Part shown: piece after piece, positions 7,623 through 16,009 of the stretch
Layout: every line of letters starts with the position of its first letter
Numbering within the stretch: the stretch's first letter is position 1
From: an uncultured bacterium
GTDB lineage: Bacteria > Hydrogenedentota > Hydrogenedentia > Hydrogenedentales > JAEUWI01
DNA: 16,009 bases
NCBI GenBank assembly: GCA_963977445.1
Contig: CAXBPH010000156.1
Coordinates: 1-16,009 of the forward strand
Reading direction: 5' to 3'
Notes under the pieces: model-generated
Database searches by the model: none
The model's input: the letters and a program-made list of their open reading frames with translations, nothing else
Told to the model about the DNA's origin: nothing
Program-made: the position numbers and the translations under genes

Positions 7623-8177
7623 TTAGACCGGCGGACCGAATTGCCGGACAGGTGGCTTCGCGTCGGCTTTCAGTGGGAGAAACATGACACGCTCCTGGAC
7701 ATTGCGGCCGTCGCCTGCGAGGTTCATCGTGTCACCCAGATAGGTGAAGCCCATTTTTAGATAGAGAGCGAAAGCGCCGTCGTTGTCGGGAAGGGTGGTC
7801 AGTTCGATACCCTCCGCCCTCTGTTCCCTGGCGACGTCAATCAGGTGCTTCATGAGGGCCTGGCCCAATCCTTTTCCCTGAAAGGCGTCGGCGAGGCCGA
7901 TGCCGAGCACAGGAACGGGGTCCTGAACATCCCAGAGGAATGCATAGCCCACAATCTGCTTACCATCGAGCAATACGACGGTATAATCCACGCCCGTTTC
8001 TGCCCGGGCAATAATTTTGGCGACAGTGGCGCTATCATAGGCGTGGGGGAGGAATCGGCGGCGGGTTCCGGGCGACAGAGCCCGGTTAAACCGTTGTAGG
8101 GCTACAGCTTCCGAAGTCGTCAAGGCTGTCAGGGTAACTACAGCGCCCGCTGGGGTCGTGAGCGTGGTATTGGTCAT
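7623..8177 (-). CDS. GNAT family N-acetyltransferase
   Basis: Acetyl-CoA motif A LADAFQGKGLGQALM and motif B NDGAFALYLKMGF. ATG 8177 has AAAGGA about 11 nt upstream and is preferred to the track's GTG 8264. Confidence 0.9.
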   Translation of the reverse strand: MTNTTLTTPAGAVVTLTALTTSEAVALQRFNRALSPGTRRRFLPHAYDSATVAKIIARAETGVDYTVVLLDGKQIVGYAFLWDVQDPVPVLGIGLADAFQGKGLGQALMKHLIDVAREQRAEGIELTTLPDNDGAFALYLKMGFTYLGDTMNLAGDGRNVQERVMFLPLKADAKPPVRQFGPPV

Positions 8178-8299
8178 GTCGGGGCAGATCCTTTGCGTAA
8201 TACCGCACGATTTTACCTGAGAGGTCCTGGTTTCTGATAATCCAAGCCTGTTTTCGTCCACCACGCCGATACGGCCCTATTCCATCGGAAAATCTTCAC

Positions 8300-8328
8300 T
8301 TGCACATTTTCCAGTAACCTATTACAAT
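8300..8328 (+). promoter_or_regulatory. Candidate sigma70-type promoter
   Basis: TTGCAC (8300-8305), 17-nt spacer, TACAAT (8323-8328), in an AT-rich patch between divergent genes. Confidence 0.55.
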
Positions 8329-8379
8329 GGAGTTCAACGAAAAAGGCGGTCGGATGGGCGGTTTCAAGCAGGGGCTGCT

Positions 8380-8655
8380 ATGCTCGAAATCGATAGGTTG
8401 GGTTTGCCCAACAGAATAGAACGTACACGAATGCGATATGACGATGTGTTCCTGTCGCCGTGTGCTCCATACCTTCGACTGCGGACGTCTCGTCGGGAGA
8501 ACGTAGTTGTTTCGTGCTGTGCTCCTGATCAGACACGTCTTGTGCGCTGTCCAGCCATCGCGGAACCCACTATCGATGACGGGTATACGTGTTACCCCAC
8601 ATCGGCGAAATTCACATGGGGTCCGCGACCCAACCGACAAAAGGGCAAGCAATGA
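8380..8655 (+). CDS. Possible small Cys/Arg-rich hypothetical protein (91 aa)
   Basis: ATG with AGGGG upstream, just downstream of the candidate promoter; its TGA overlaps the next gene's ATG (ATGA 8652-8655). No family recognised. Confidence 0.3.
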   Translation: MLEIDRLGLPNRIERTRMRYDDVFLSPCAPYLRLRTSRRENVVVSCCAPDQTRLVRCPAIAEPTIDDGYTCYPTSAKFTWGPRPNRQKGKQ

Positions 8656-10469
8656 ACTGGCAGATTACGGCAAAATCTGGTTCCCGACAGGGCGTAAGCT
8701 GGATCGTTAGTGATCGTCCGGTAACCCTCGGGCGGAGCTTGGCCTGTGACATCACCATTGGCGACCCTACCGTATCCCGCCGTCACTGCGAGTTGGTACA
8801 GGAAGGGGTTTGCCTGAAGTTTCGTGATCTGGGTAGCCGCAACGTGACCCTCATAAACGGCCGCATAGCCCAGGAGTGTTACCTGGAAGTGGGTGACGTC
8901 CTTTCGCTGGGAAACGATGCCTTCGTGGTGGCCCATGCCTTGGCGCACGGCGACGGCGAGCGGACACATCAGGCGCACTCCGACAACACCACGATTTCTC
9001 TCAACAGCTTTGTCTTGATGCAAAATGAAGAGTCATCGAGAGAGGGCGGTACCCCGCCGGCCACGGCCGAGGAAATGATTCGTCTGTTTCAGTTCAGCCA
9101 GCAACTTCAGCGGGTGGATTCGGAACATAGTTTTGCATCACTCTGCATCGCAGCGGCCCAGGAGATTTTTCCCGAATCTACGGAAGTCTATCTCTGCTTG
9201 CGCCGTTCGGACGAATCCGTCGACACCTTTCCCCGGGGCGTTAATCTGCCCGATCGCACCCGTGTCCATGTGGAGCGTGCCCTCCGAACGGGGCGGAGCA
9301 CCTTGGAATTCGCCCGAAAGCATGCTTTTCGTGCGGCGCGCCAACTATGTATTTCGCCCCTTCGGACGACAGCAGGTGCCCACGCCGCCCTGGTTGTTTG
9401 CTCGACCGAGCGGTGCCCCTTGTGGAGTAAAGGCGATTTGGCGGGGCTGGACGCCCTCGCCAGCGTGGCCGCTCACTATCATATTTCATTGGCCCGACAT
9501 GCCCGCGAGGTAGACCAGATTCCTATCGTCAGCCAAGACGTACCGGCTGATTTTCTCGGTAACAGTGAAAAAGCGAAGTCCCTTCGTGCCAAAATACGGG
9601 TGGCCTCCCAGACCCGACTCAATACGCTGATTACCGGGGAGGCGGGCACCGGAAAGGGACTCGCGGCCCAGATGATTCACCGGGGCAGTCCAAAACCGAA
9701 TGGACACTACGTCCGGGTTGATTGCGAAGTGGTGGGTGGCGAGAGTTTTGCTCGCGCCCTGCTCGGCGAAGAACGGCCCACTGTGTCTGGCGGCCGCGTC
9801 ATCGACGTGGGCTATCTCGATCAGGCCAACGGCGGGACACTGGTATTTCGGGAAATCGGGGCCCTCACCGGCGAGAATCAGAAACTGTTGCAACGTGTGC
9901 TTGAGCGCAGGGCTTTCGTGCGTAGTGAAGGGGAAGGGGAGGTCTCGTTTCATGGGCGTATCATCGCCACGAGCCGGACGAATCTTGAGCTCGCGGTGCG
10001 GGACGGCGCCTTTCGTTCTGATTTGTTGAAGACACTAAGCCGTCAACGCTTGCAGATTGCTCCCTTGCGCCATCGTCGAGGAGATATTCGTGCCCTCGCG
10101 CAATACTTTGTGACCAGCGAGCGGAAAAATACCCGCCAGAAGCCCGTGGCACTGACCGATGATGCCTTGGGATATCTGGAGGAACTACCCCTGTGGGGTA
10201 ATGCCGTGGAGTTACGCAGCGCAATATCAAAAGCTGTACGTCGGGGCGATGGGGAAGTGATTGAGAGTCAGGACTTCACGCCAACCGAGGAAGATGACCA
10301 GGCCCGCTCCACAGCGCTCGACCCCTTGGAACATGCGGAACAAATGCTCATTGCCGCGGTTATCCGCCAGTGTGGTGGCGATATCGATAAGGCGTCCAAG
10401 GTGCTGGGAATTTCCCGCGTTGAAGTTGAGCGCATTACCCGCATGATTCCCGGAATTCCCTCGCACTGA
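8652..10469 (+). CDS. FHA-GAF-AAA+(sigma54-activator-like)-Fis HTH regulator with degenerate catalytic motifs
   Basis: FHA motifs LGRS, VSRRHC, DLGSRN; GAF-like middle region. AAA+ LITGEAGTGKG, ANGGTLVFREIG, RIIATS, IAPLRHRRGDI. HTH GGDIDKASKVLGISR. Start ATG 8652 preferred (alternative ATG 8616). Confidence 0.88.
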   Translation: MNWQITAKSGSRQGVSWIVSDRPVTLGRSLACDITIGDPTVSRRHCELVQEGVCLKFRDLGSRNVTLINGRIAQECYLEVGDVLSLGNDAFVVAHALAHGDGERTHQAHSDNTTISLNSFVLMQNEESSREGGTPPATAEEMIRLFQFSQQLQRVDSEHSFASLCIAAAQEIFPESTEVYLCLRRSDESVDTFPRGVNLPDRTRVHVERALRTGRSTLEFARKHAFRAARQLCISPLRTTAGAHAALVVCSTERCPLWSKGDLAGLDALASVAAHYHISLARHAREVDQIPIVSQDVPADFLGNSEKAKSLRAKIRVASQTRLNTLITGEAGTGKGLAAQMIHRGSPKPNGHYVRVDCEVVGGESFARALLGEERPTVSGGRVIDVGYLDQANGGTLVFREIGALTGENQKLLQRVLERRAFVRSEGEGEVSFHGRIIATSRTNLELAVRDGAFRSDLLKTLSRQRLQIAPLRHRRGDIRALAQYFVTSERKNTRQKPVALTDDALGYLEELPLWGNAVELRSAISKAVRRGDGEVIESQDFTPTEEDDQARSTALDPLEHAEQMLIAAVIRQCGGDIDKASKVLGISRVEVERITRMIPGIPSH

Positions 10470-10676
10470 AACGGCCCATCCAAGGTGAGTGGGGGAGGGA
10501 ATAGGCACCGCCGCACCCCTTCCTTCGCAAGGCGTTCCCATCGCTGCCAATGGTATCTTTCTTGGTCCCAGGCCCCCCTGTGGTATAGACTTTCGATGTG
10601 GATGAATACACATTGAGGTCGGGGTGTAAATACGGTGTTCCTGTGAAACAGGGTCGCATATCGAAGTTGTTCTGAC

Positions 10677-10721
10677 GCGCAGGTTGGGCTGTCCCCCGCC
10701 CAAACTGCCAAGTAGAAGCGC
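10677..10721 (+). ncRNA. Candidate Na+-sensing riboswitch aptamer (DUF1646 / Na+-I-like) in the mrpA leader
   Basis: GCGC-AGGTTGGGC-loop-GCCCAA-AC-TGCCAAGTAG-AA-GCGC. The hairpin is seen directly; the GGUUG...UGCCAAGUA match to DUF1646 is from memory; the Na+/H+ antiporter context fits. Confidence 0.55.
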
Positions 10722-10748
10722 CCTTTTGTTCCGTCAACAAGTAGCTAT

Positions 10749-13052
10749 ATGACTTTTCTTATAATCATCGCACCGTTGTTTGCGGCGTTGCTTGTGTGTC
10801 CCTTTGCCCGCGTTCTCGGGCGAATGACAGGCGCGATCTGTGCCGCCATTCCCGCCCTCTCGTTTGCCTATCTCCTTCAGCAATTGGTTCACCTCCCGTC
10901 CGATGATTCCGCGCTCCTGACTTCACTTCCCTGGGCGTCTGCGGTTAGTTTGACCCTTTCTTTCCGGCTTGATGGGCTCAGCATGGCCTTTGGCCTGTTG
11001 ATAACGGGTATCGGTGCCCTCGTTTGCTGCTATGCCGACGCTTATTTTCGGGAAGACCCGCGACGGGGCCGATTTCTCGCCTTCCTCATGATATTCATGT
11101 CGGCGATGCTCGGCGTCGTTTTCTCCGACAACGTGCTTGTTCTGTTTGTCTTCTGGGAACTTACCAGCATCGCCTCCTACCTGCTCATTGGCTTTGAGCA
11201 CCAGAAGGAGTCGGCAAGAAACGCGGCCTTGCAGGCGCTGCTTACGACCGGTGCCGGTGGTCTTGCCTTACTTGGCGGTCTCATCCTGCTTGGCAACGCC
11301 GTAGGTTCCTACAATCTCACCGATATCATCGCCCAGGAGGGGCTTGGTTCCCATCCCCATTATTTAGCAATCGTGTTGTTAATACTGGCGGGGGCCGCTA
11401 CGAAATCTGCCCAGTTTCCCTTTCATTTCTGGTTGCCCAATGCCATGGCCGCGCCGACCCCGGCGAGTGCCTATTTACACAGCTCCACCATGGTCAAGGC
11501 GGGCATCTACCTGCTGGCGCGGTTGAGCCCGGCCCTGGGTGGCACAGAGCTCTGGTTCTGGCTGCTGACGGTGATGGGGGCCACCACCATGCTCGTCGGG
11601 GCCTGGTTGGCCCTTCGGCAGGCCGAACTGAAGCCCATGCTGGCGTACTCAACCATTTGCGCCCTGGGCACCCTGGTGCTCTGTCTGGGATTGGGCACGC
11701 CGCTGGCCATCAAGGCCTTTAAGGTTTTCCTCTTCGTTCATGCCTTTTACAAGGCGGCCCTGTTCATGATTGCGGGTACGCTGATTCACGAAACCCACGA
11801 GACCCGTTTCGAGCGATTGGGTGGATTGGGCCGTGCCATGCCCATGACTGCCCTGGCCGCGCTATTTGCGGCCCTCTCCATGGCAGGATTGCCGCCCCTG
11901 CTGGGATTCATCGGAAAAGAGTCCGTCTACGAGGCCATGCTGCATGCACCCCGTGCGATGGAAATTCTCGTCGTGGCGGCCGTCCTGGGAAATGTCGCCA
12001 ATGTCTATGTGGCTGTTGCCGTGGGGCTTTTGCCATTCTGGCGTGCTCGTGGCGAACATGCACAGGTGAAACACGAAGCCCCGGTGGGCCTCTGGATTGG
12101 CCCTATCGTCCTGGGTGCCCTTGGCCTGGGTGCCGGACTCTATCCGGCCTTGCTGGGTCAGCACATTCTCGCACCCGCCGGCGCGACCGTGCTCGGCGAT
12201 GGTCTTAATTTCAGTCTCAAGATGTGGCATGGAATTAATGCGGCGCTCCTCCTCAGTATCCTCACGGTGACCCTGGGAATCGCCTTGCTTGTGCTGCGCC
12301 GCCTGTGGCACTACATGACCAAACCCGTCATTGCCCTCGACCGAATCGGTCCCGAGGCGCTCTATAACCACAGTGTGTCCGCCATGCTCCGTTTTTCTCG
12401 TATGCAAACCCGGATTTTACAACATGGCTACCTGCGGTACTATCTGCTCGTTGTGCTGATATGCATGATTGCCGCCATTGCGGGCACCCTGCAGTTGGAG
12501 GTTCGCCAGGGCGCCTTCGACTCCGTGCCGGTTCGAGCTCACGAGCTGGTCACCGTGGCCGCCATTGCATTGGCCGCTGTGGCTCTTACGCGCGTTCGCT
12601 CCCGGTTTGGTGCACTGGCGTGCCTGGGCGTCGTTGGCTACGGCATAGCGCTGCTCTATGTCTACTATGGTGCCCCCGACCTGGCGAAGACCCAGATCGT
12701 GGTGGAATCCCTGGCCGTTGTCTTCTTTGCTCTGTTGGCTGCGGGCATGCCAGGCTTCCGCGAGTTGAGTCCGCCCGCCGTTCGACGCCGGGATGCCGTC
12801 ATCGCAGCCATTGCCGGTGGACTCATGGGGGTATTGGTCTATAGCACCCTGGCCTCTAATCAGACCCAGCCAGTAGCGAATTTCTATCGGGAAAACAGCC
12901 TCTCCCTGGCCCACGGGCGAAACGTGGTCAATGTGATTCTGGTGGATTTTCGCGCCCTCGACACGCTGGGTGAAATTACAGTTCTCGCTGTGGCCGCCTT
13001 TGGTGCCCGCGCCCTCTTGCGCCAGCGTCGTAAATCGAAGGGACAGCCATGA
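10749..13052 (+). CDS. mrpA: Multisubunit Na+/H+ antiporter subunit A
   Basis: [90 protein letters not shown]. Confidence 0.97.
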   Translation: MTFLIIIAPLFAALLVCPFARVLGRMTGAICAAIPALSFAYLLQQLVHLPSDDSALLTSLPWASAVSLTLSFRLDGLSMAFGLLITGIGALVCCYADAYFREDPRRGRFLAFLMIFMSAMLGVVFSDNVLVLFVFWELTSIASYLLIGFEHQKESARNAALQALLTTGAGGLALLGGLILLGNAVGSYNLTDIIAQEGLGSHPHYLAIVLLILAGAATKSAQFPFHFWLPNAMAAPTPASAYLHSSTMVKAGIYLLARLSPALGGTELWFWLLTVMGATTMLVGAWLALRQAELKPMLAYSTICALGTLVLCLGLGTPLAIKAFKVFLFVHAFYKAALFMIAGTLIHETHETRFERLGGLGRAMPMTALAALFAALSMAGLPPLLGFIGKESVYEAMLHAPRAMEILVVAAVLGNVANVYVAVAVGLLPFWRARGEHAQVKHEAPVGLWIGPIVLGALGLGAGLYPALLGQHILAPAGATVLGDGLNFSLKMWHGINAALLLSILTVTLGIALLVLRRLWHYMTKPVIALDRIGPEALYNHSVSAMLRFSRMQTRILQHGYLRYYLLVVLICMIAAIAGTLQLEVRQGAFDSVPVRAHELVTVAAIALAAVALTRVRSRFGALACLGVVGYGIALLYVYYGAPDLAKTQIVVESLAVVFFALLAAGMPGFRELSPPAVRRRDAVIAAIAGGLMGVLVYSTLASNQTQPVANFYRENSLSLAHGRNVVNVILVDFRALDTLGEITVLAVAAFGARALLRQRRKSKGQP

Positions 13053-13474
13053 ATTCCACCTTGCTCTACAATTGGTCCCACGTGCTGAAAGCCATTATGC
13101 TGCTCCTTTCGGTGCTCTTGCTGCTCCATGGGCACAACGAGCCGGGCGGCGGTTTTGTGGGTGGCCTTCTCGCCGCGACGGCCTTCACCCTGCATGCCCT
13201 GGCACAGGATGTGGCCTCGGCCCGCCGAGCCGTCCGCTTTCCCCCGGAAACTATTATGGCGGTGGGGCTGGGCATTGCACTCCTGAGCGGATTTTTTGGC
13301 GCGTTTCAACAGGAGCCATTTTTGACCGGGAAGTGGATTACATTGGAATTGCCCCTCGCAGGCGAACTCACGCTCGGTTCCCCCCTCCTTTTCGATTTGG
13401 GGGTCTATCTCGTTGTGGCCGGTGTTGTGCTGTCTATCACCTTCGCCATGCTGGAGAGTCAACATGCAGATTAG
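13049..13474 (+). CDS. mrpB: Na+/H+ antiporter subunit B
   Basis: [13 protein letters not shown] and [15 protein letters not shown] overlap with mrpA. A separate mrpB indicates a group 1 operon. Confidence 0.96.
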   Translation: MNSTLLYNWSHVLKAIMLLLSVLLLLHGHNEPGGGFVGGLLAATAFTLHALAQDVASARRAVRFPPETIMAVGLGIALLSGFFGAFQQEPFLTGKWITLELPLAGELTLGSPLLFDLGVYLVVAGVVLSITFAMLESQHAD

Positions 13475-13811
13475 CCTGATTGTATTGATTGCCATTATTT
13501 TCGGGGCGGGATTCTATCTGCTCATGCGCCGTAGTTTCCTGAAAGTCATTCTGGGGCTCATGCTCCTCGGACATGCCGCAAACCTCCTGGTCTTTACCTC
13601 CGCCGGTATAGAACGGGGCCCCGCGCCCCTCGTGCAAGCGGGCATGGCCGCGCCACCCACCGGTAGTGCCGATCCCATTCCACAGGCTCTGGTTCTTACG
13701 GCCATCGTAATCAGCTTTGGCGTGGCCGCCTTTGCGCTTGTGTTGTTTCGGCGTGCCTATGACGATCTGGATTCTGATGATATGGACCAGCTCAAAGGAA
13801 CAGAGGGCTGA
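13464..13811 (+). CDS. mrpC: Na+/H+ antiporter subunit C
   Basis: LGHAANLL and [20 protein letters not shown] 13464 with GGAGAG SD, overlapping the mrpB end. Confidence 0.96.
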   Translation: MQISLIVLIAIIFGAGFYLLMRRSFLKVILGLMLLGHAANLLVFTSAGIERGPAPLVQAGMAAPPTGSADPIPQALVLTAIVISFGVAAFALVLFRRAYDDLDSDDMDQLKGTEG

Positions 13812-13834
13812 CTGATGTATAAGGACCGGATTTT

Positions 13835-15337
13835 TTGTTACTGATTGCTCCCATAATTATCCCGCTGATTTTTGCCGCCCTTTGTGCCGGTACGACGGGA
13901 AAACCAAACTTCCAACGCCTGCTGGGTATGGTGGGTTCGGTAGCCCTGTTGGCAGCGGCGCTGGCGATTGCGTATCGGGTCTACCCTGCCAACATTCAGG
14001 TGCTCCACGTCGGCAATTGGCGGGCACCCTATGGCATTACCCTCGTTGCCGATGGCCTTGCCGTTACGATGGTGCTCATGACGGGGATTATGGCGGTAGC
14101 CCTTTCACTCTTTTCCGCGGTCACCATCGAAACCCATCGACTTAAGGATGGCTATTTTTTCCTTTATTTCGTGCTCCTGGCGGGCGTAAATGGCGCATTT
14201 TTGACCGGGGATCTCTTTAATCTCTATGTATGGTTTGAAGTGCTGCTCATCGCTTCTTTCGTGCTCATCGTACTTGGGGGGAAGCGAAGTCAGCTTGACG
14301 GCGCGGTAAAGTATGTCACCATGAACCTCCTGGGTTCCGTAATTTTCCTCGCTGCCGTTGGCCTGATCTATGGGAAGATGGGCACCCTGAATATGGCCGA
14401 TCTGGCCGTTCGCATGCCGTTGTTTACCAACACACCGCTGAAACAGGCGGCCGGTGGCATGTTGCTCGTCGCCTTTGGCATTAAGGCGGGCGCGTTTCCG
14501 CTCTTTTCCTGGTTGCCCGCGTCGTACCATACGCCCCCCCATGCGGTGACGACCCTCTTTTCCGCCCTGCTCACCAAGGTCGGTGTGTACGCACTGATTC
14601 GAATAACTACACTGGTCTTTGCGTCGGAACAGGATTACTTTCAGCCCATATTGCTGGTCGTTGCGGGCTTGACCATGGTTACCGGCGTCCTGGGCGCGGT
14701 GGCACAGTATGATTTTCGACGACTCCTTTCCTTTCACATTGTCAGCCAGATTGGCTACCTGCTATTCGGCCTGGCCCTCTTCAGCAAAGCAGGCCTCGGT
14801 GCCACCCTTTATTTCCTGATGCACGTCATGGCGGCCAAGGCCGCCTTATTTATCGTAAGTGCAATCACCTGGTACCTTCGGGGGACGTCCGATCTGAAGC
14901 AACTGGGTTCCTTCGCGACGACCCGACCTGCCCTTGCCATCCTTTTTGCCATTCCCGCCATGTCCCTTGCGGGCCTGCCACCCTTTTCGGGCTTTGTGGG
15001 CAAGCTGGCCTTACTCCGCGCAGGTCTCGATGGAGAAGTCTATCTGTTGGTTGCTGTTTCCCTCGGAGTCAGCCTCCTGACCCTCTACTCAATGACGAAG
15101 ATATGGAATGAAGCCTTCTGGAAGCCTGCGCCCGCGGCCTTGTCGGGGGATCTCTCAGAGCATAGCCTGTCGGCGACACGAATGTGGGGGATGGCTGTTC
15201 CCGGAATCGTATTGGCCCTGTTCAGTATCGGCCTTTCGGTGGCTGCCCAGCCCCTCCTGGAATTTACCAATCAGACCGCCGAGCAATTGTTGCTCCCGGT
15301 GTCCTATATCGACGCGGTGATGGGGGCGCAACAATGA
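13835..15337 (+). CDS. mrpD: Na+/H+ antiporter subunit D (TTG start; start ambiguous)
   Basis: FLTGDLFNLYVWFEV, GTLNMADL, WLPASY, LLTKVGVYA, SLAGLPPFSGFVGK; AAGGA at 13821-13825 precedes TTG 13835. Confidence 0.95.
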   Translation: MLLIAPIIIPLIFAALCAGTTGKPNFQRLLGMVGSVALLAAALAIAYRVYPANIQVLHVGNWRAPYGITLVADGLAVTMVLMTGIMAVALSLFSAVTIETHRLKDGYFFLYFVLLAGVNGAFLTGDLFNLYVWFEVLLIASFVLIVLGGKRSQLDGAVKYVTMNLLGSVIFLAAVGLIYGKMGTLNMADLAVRMPLFTNTPLKQAAGGMLLVAFGIKAGAFPLFSWLPASYHTPPHAVTTLFSALLTKVGVYALIRITTLVFASEQDYFQPILLVVAGLTMVTGVLGAVAQYDFRRLLSFHIVSQIGYLLFGLALFSKAGLGATLYFLMHVMAAKAALFIVSAITWYLRGTSDLKQLGSFATTRPALAILFAIPAMSLAGLPPFSGFVGKLALLRAGLDGEVYLLVAVSLGVSLLTLYSMTKIWNEAFWKPAPAALSGDLSEHSLSATRMWGMAVPGIVLALFSIGLSVAAQPLLEFTNQTAEQLLLPVSYIDAVMGAQQ

Positions 15338-15807
15338 ACTCCCTGCTCCTTAATGTCTTACTTGCCCTGACCTGGTGTGCCGCCGCCGGTGCAATCAGCA
15401 CGGCAAACTTTATCCTCGGATTCATTGTGGGCTATGCCATTCTGAGCGTCCATCCCGAGATAACACGCAGTGGCACCTACCGCACCAAGATTTTCTACGC
15501 TATCGCCTTCGCGGTCTATTTTTTCAAAGAGATAGTCGTCGGTGCCCTCGATGTTGCTGGCGCGATTTTGTGGCCATTCAGGAAGCTTCGCCCGGGCATT
15601 GTGGCCATACCGCTGGATACCCGGACGGCCACCGAAAATACCTTGCTGGCAAACGCCGTCACCCTGACGCCGGGCACCATGAGTATTGACCTTTCTCCCG
15701 ATGGAAAGACCCTCTATGTCCACGTGCTCGATATGGAAAGTCCCGACGCCGTTCGTCGCGCCATAAAAGAGGGCCTTGAGATGCGACTCATCAAGCTCTT
15801 CGATTGA
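15334..15807 (+). CDS. mrpE: Na+/H+ antiporter subunit E
   Basis: LRPGIVAIPL, LANAVTLTPGT, LYVHVLD; ATG 15334 overlaps the mrpD stop (ATGA). Confidence 0.96.
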   Translation: MNSLLLNVLLALTWCAAAGAISTANFILGFIVGYAILSVHPEITRSGTYRTKIFYAIAFAVYFFKEIVVGALDVAGAILWPFRKLRPGIVAIPLDTRTATENTLLANAVTLTPGTMSIDLSPDGKTLYVHVLDMESPDAVRRAIKEGLEMRLIKLFD

Positions 15808-15819
15808 GGAACCACGTCC

Positions 15820-16009
15820 ATGATTGAATCGATTACAACCAACGGCGTCATGTTACTCTACGCCATCGCCCTGCTTCTTGCCCTGTGTCGCCTTATCAAG
15901 GGGCCAACCCTTTCCGACCGTGTCGTGGCGCTCGATTTTATTTCCACCTGCATCATCGGAATGATTGTCGTCGATGCGATTGCTTCCGGGGAATCCTATT
16001 TCCTGAGCG
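15820..16009 (+). CDS. mrpF: Na+/H+ antiporter subunit F, 3' truncated by window edge
   Basis: Not in the ORF track. Manual translation MIESITTNGVMLLYAIALLLALCRLIKGPTLSDRVVALDFIS contains the MrpF GPTxxDRVVALD motif; GAGGA SD upstream. Confidence 0.93.
   Translation, partial: MIESITTNGVMLLYAIALLLALCRLIKGPTLSDRVVALDFISTCIIGMIVVDAIASGESYFLS

Noticed and set aside
10485..10530. Possible terminator after the regulator gene
   Set aside because: Only weak GGAGGGA/TCCTTC pairing and no U-tract.
13413..15333. ORF-track upstream starts for mrpC (13413) and mrpE (15184)
   Set aside because: They overlap the preceding genes extensively; ATG 13464 and ATG 15334 give family-typical N-termini with an SD or coupling.

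Overview
GC-rich bacterial chromosomal window; the gene families recall Planctomycetota/Hydrogenedentota-type genomes, but that is inference only. Left to right: (1) the 3' part of an HGSNAT/NagX-like membrane acyltransferase; (2) a convergent minus-strand pair encoding a secreted FAD-dependent oxidoreductase and a NosR-like membrane protein with two flavinylation (FMN-binding) domains; (3) a REP-associated tyrosine transposase (RAYT) flanked by five CTCAGACA-TTCC-TGTCTGAG palindromes, two inside a 149-bp tandem duplication and two fused foot-to-foot; (4) a secreted Asp-box/BNR sialidase-like protein; (5) a GNAT acetyltransferase; (6) a divergent FHA-GAF-AAA+-HTH enhancer-binding-like protein whose sigma54-contact and ATPase motifs are all degenerate, preceded by a possibly coupled 91-codon ORF; (7) a group 1 mrpABCDEF' Na+/H+ antiporter operon with a structured leader resembling the Na+-sensing DUF1646 riboswitch. 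The most interesting items are the RAYT/REP architecture, the probable pseudo-ATPase regulator, the candidate riboswitch and the flavinylated redox pair. All calls come from reading motifs by eye; no searches were run.
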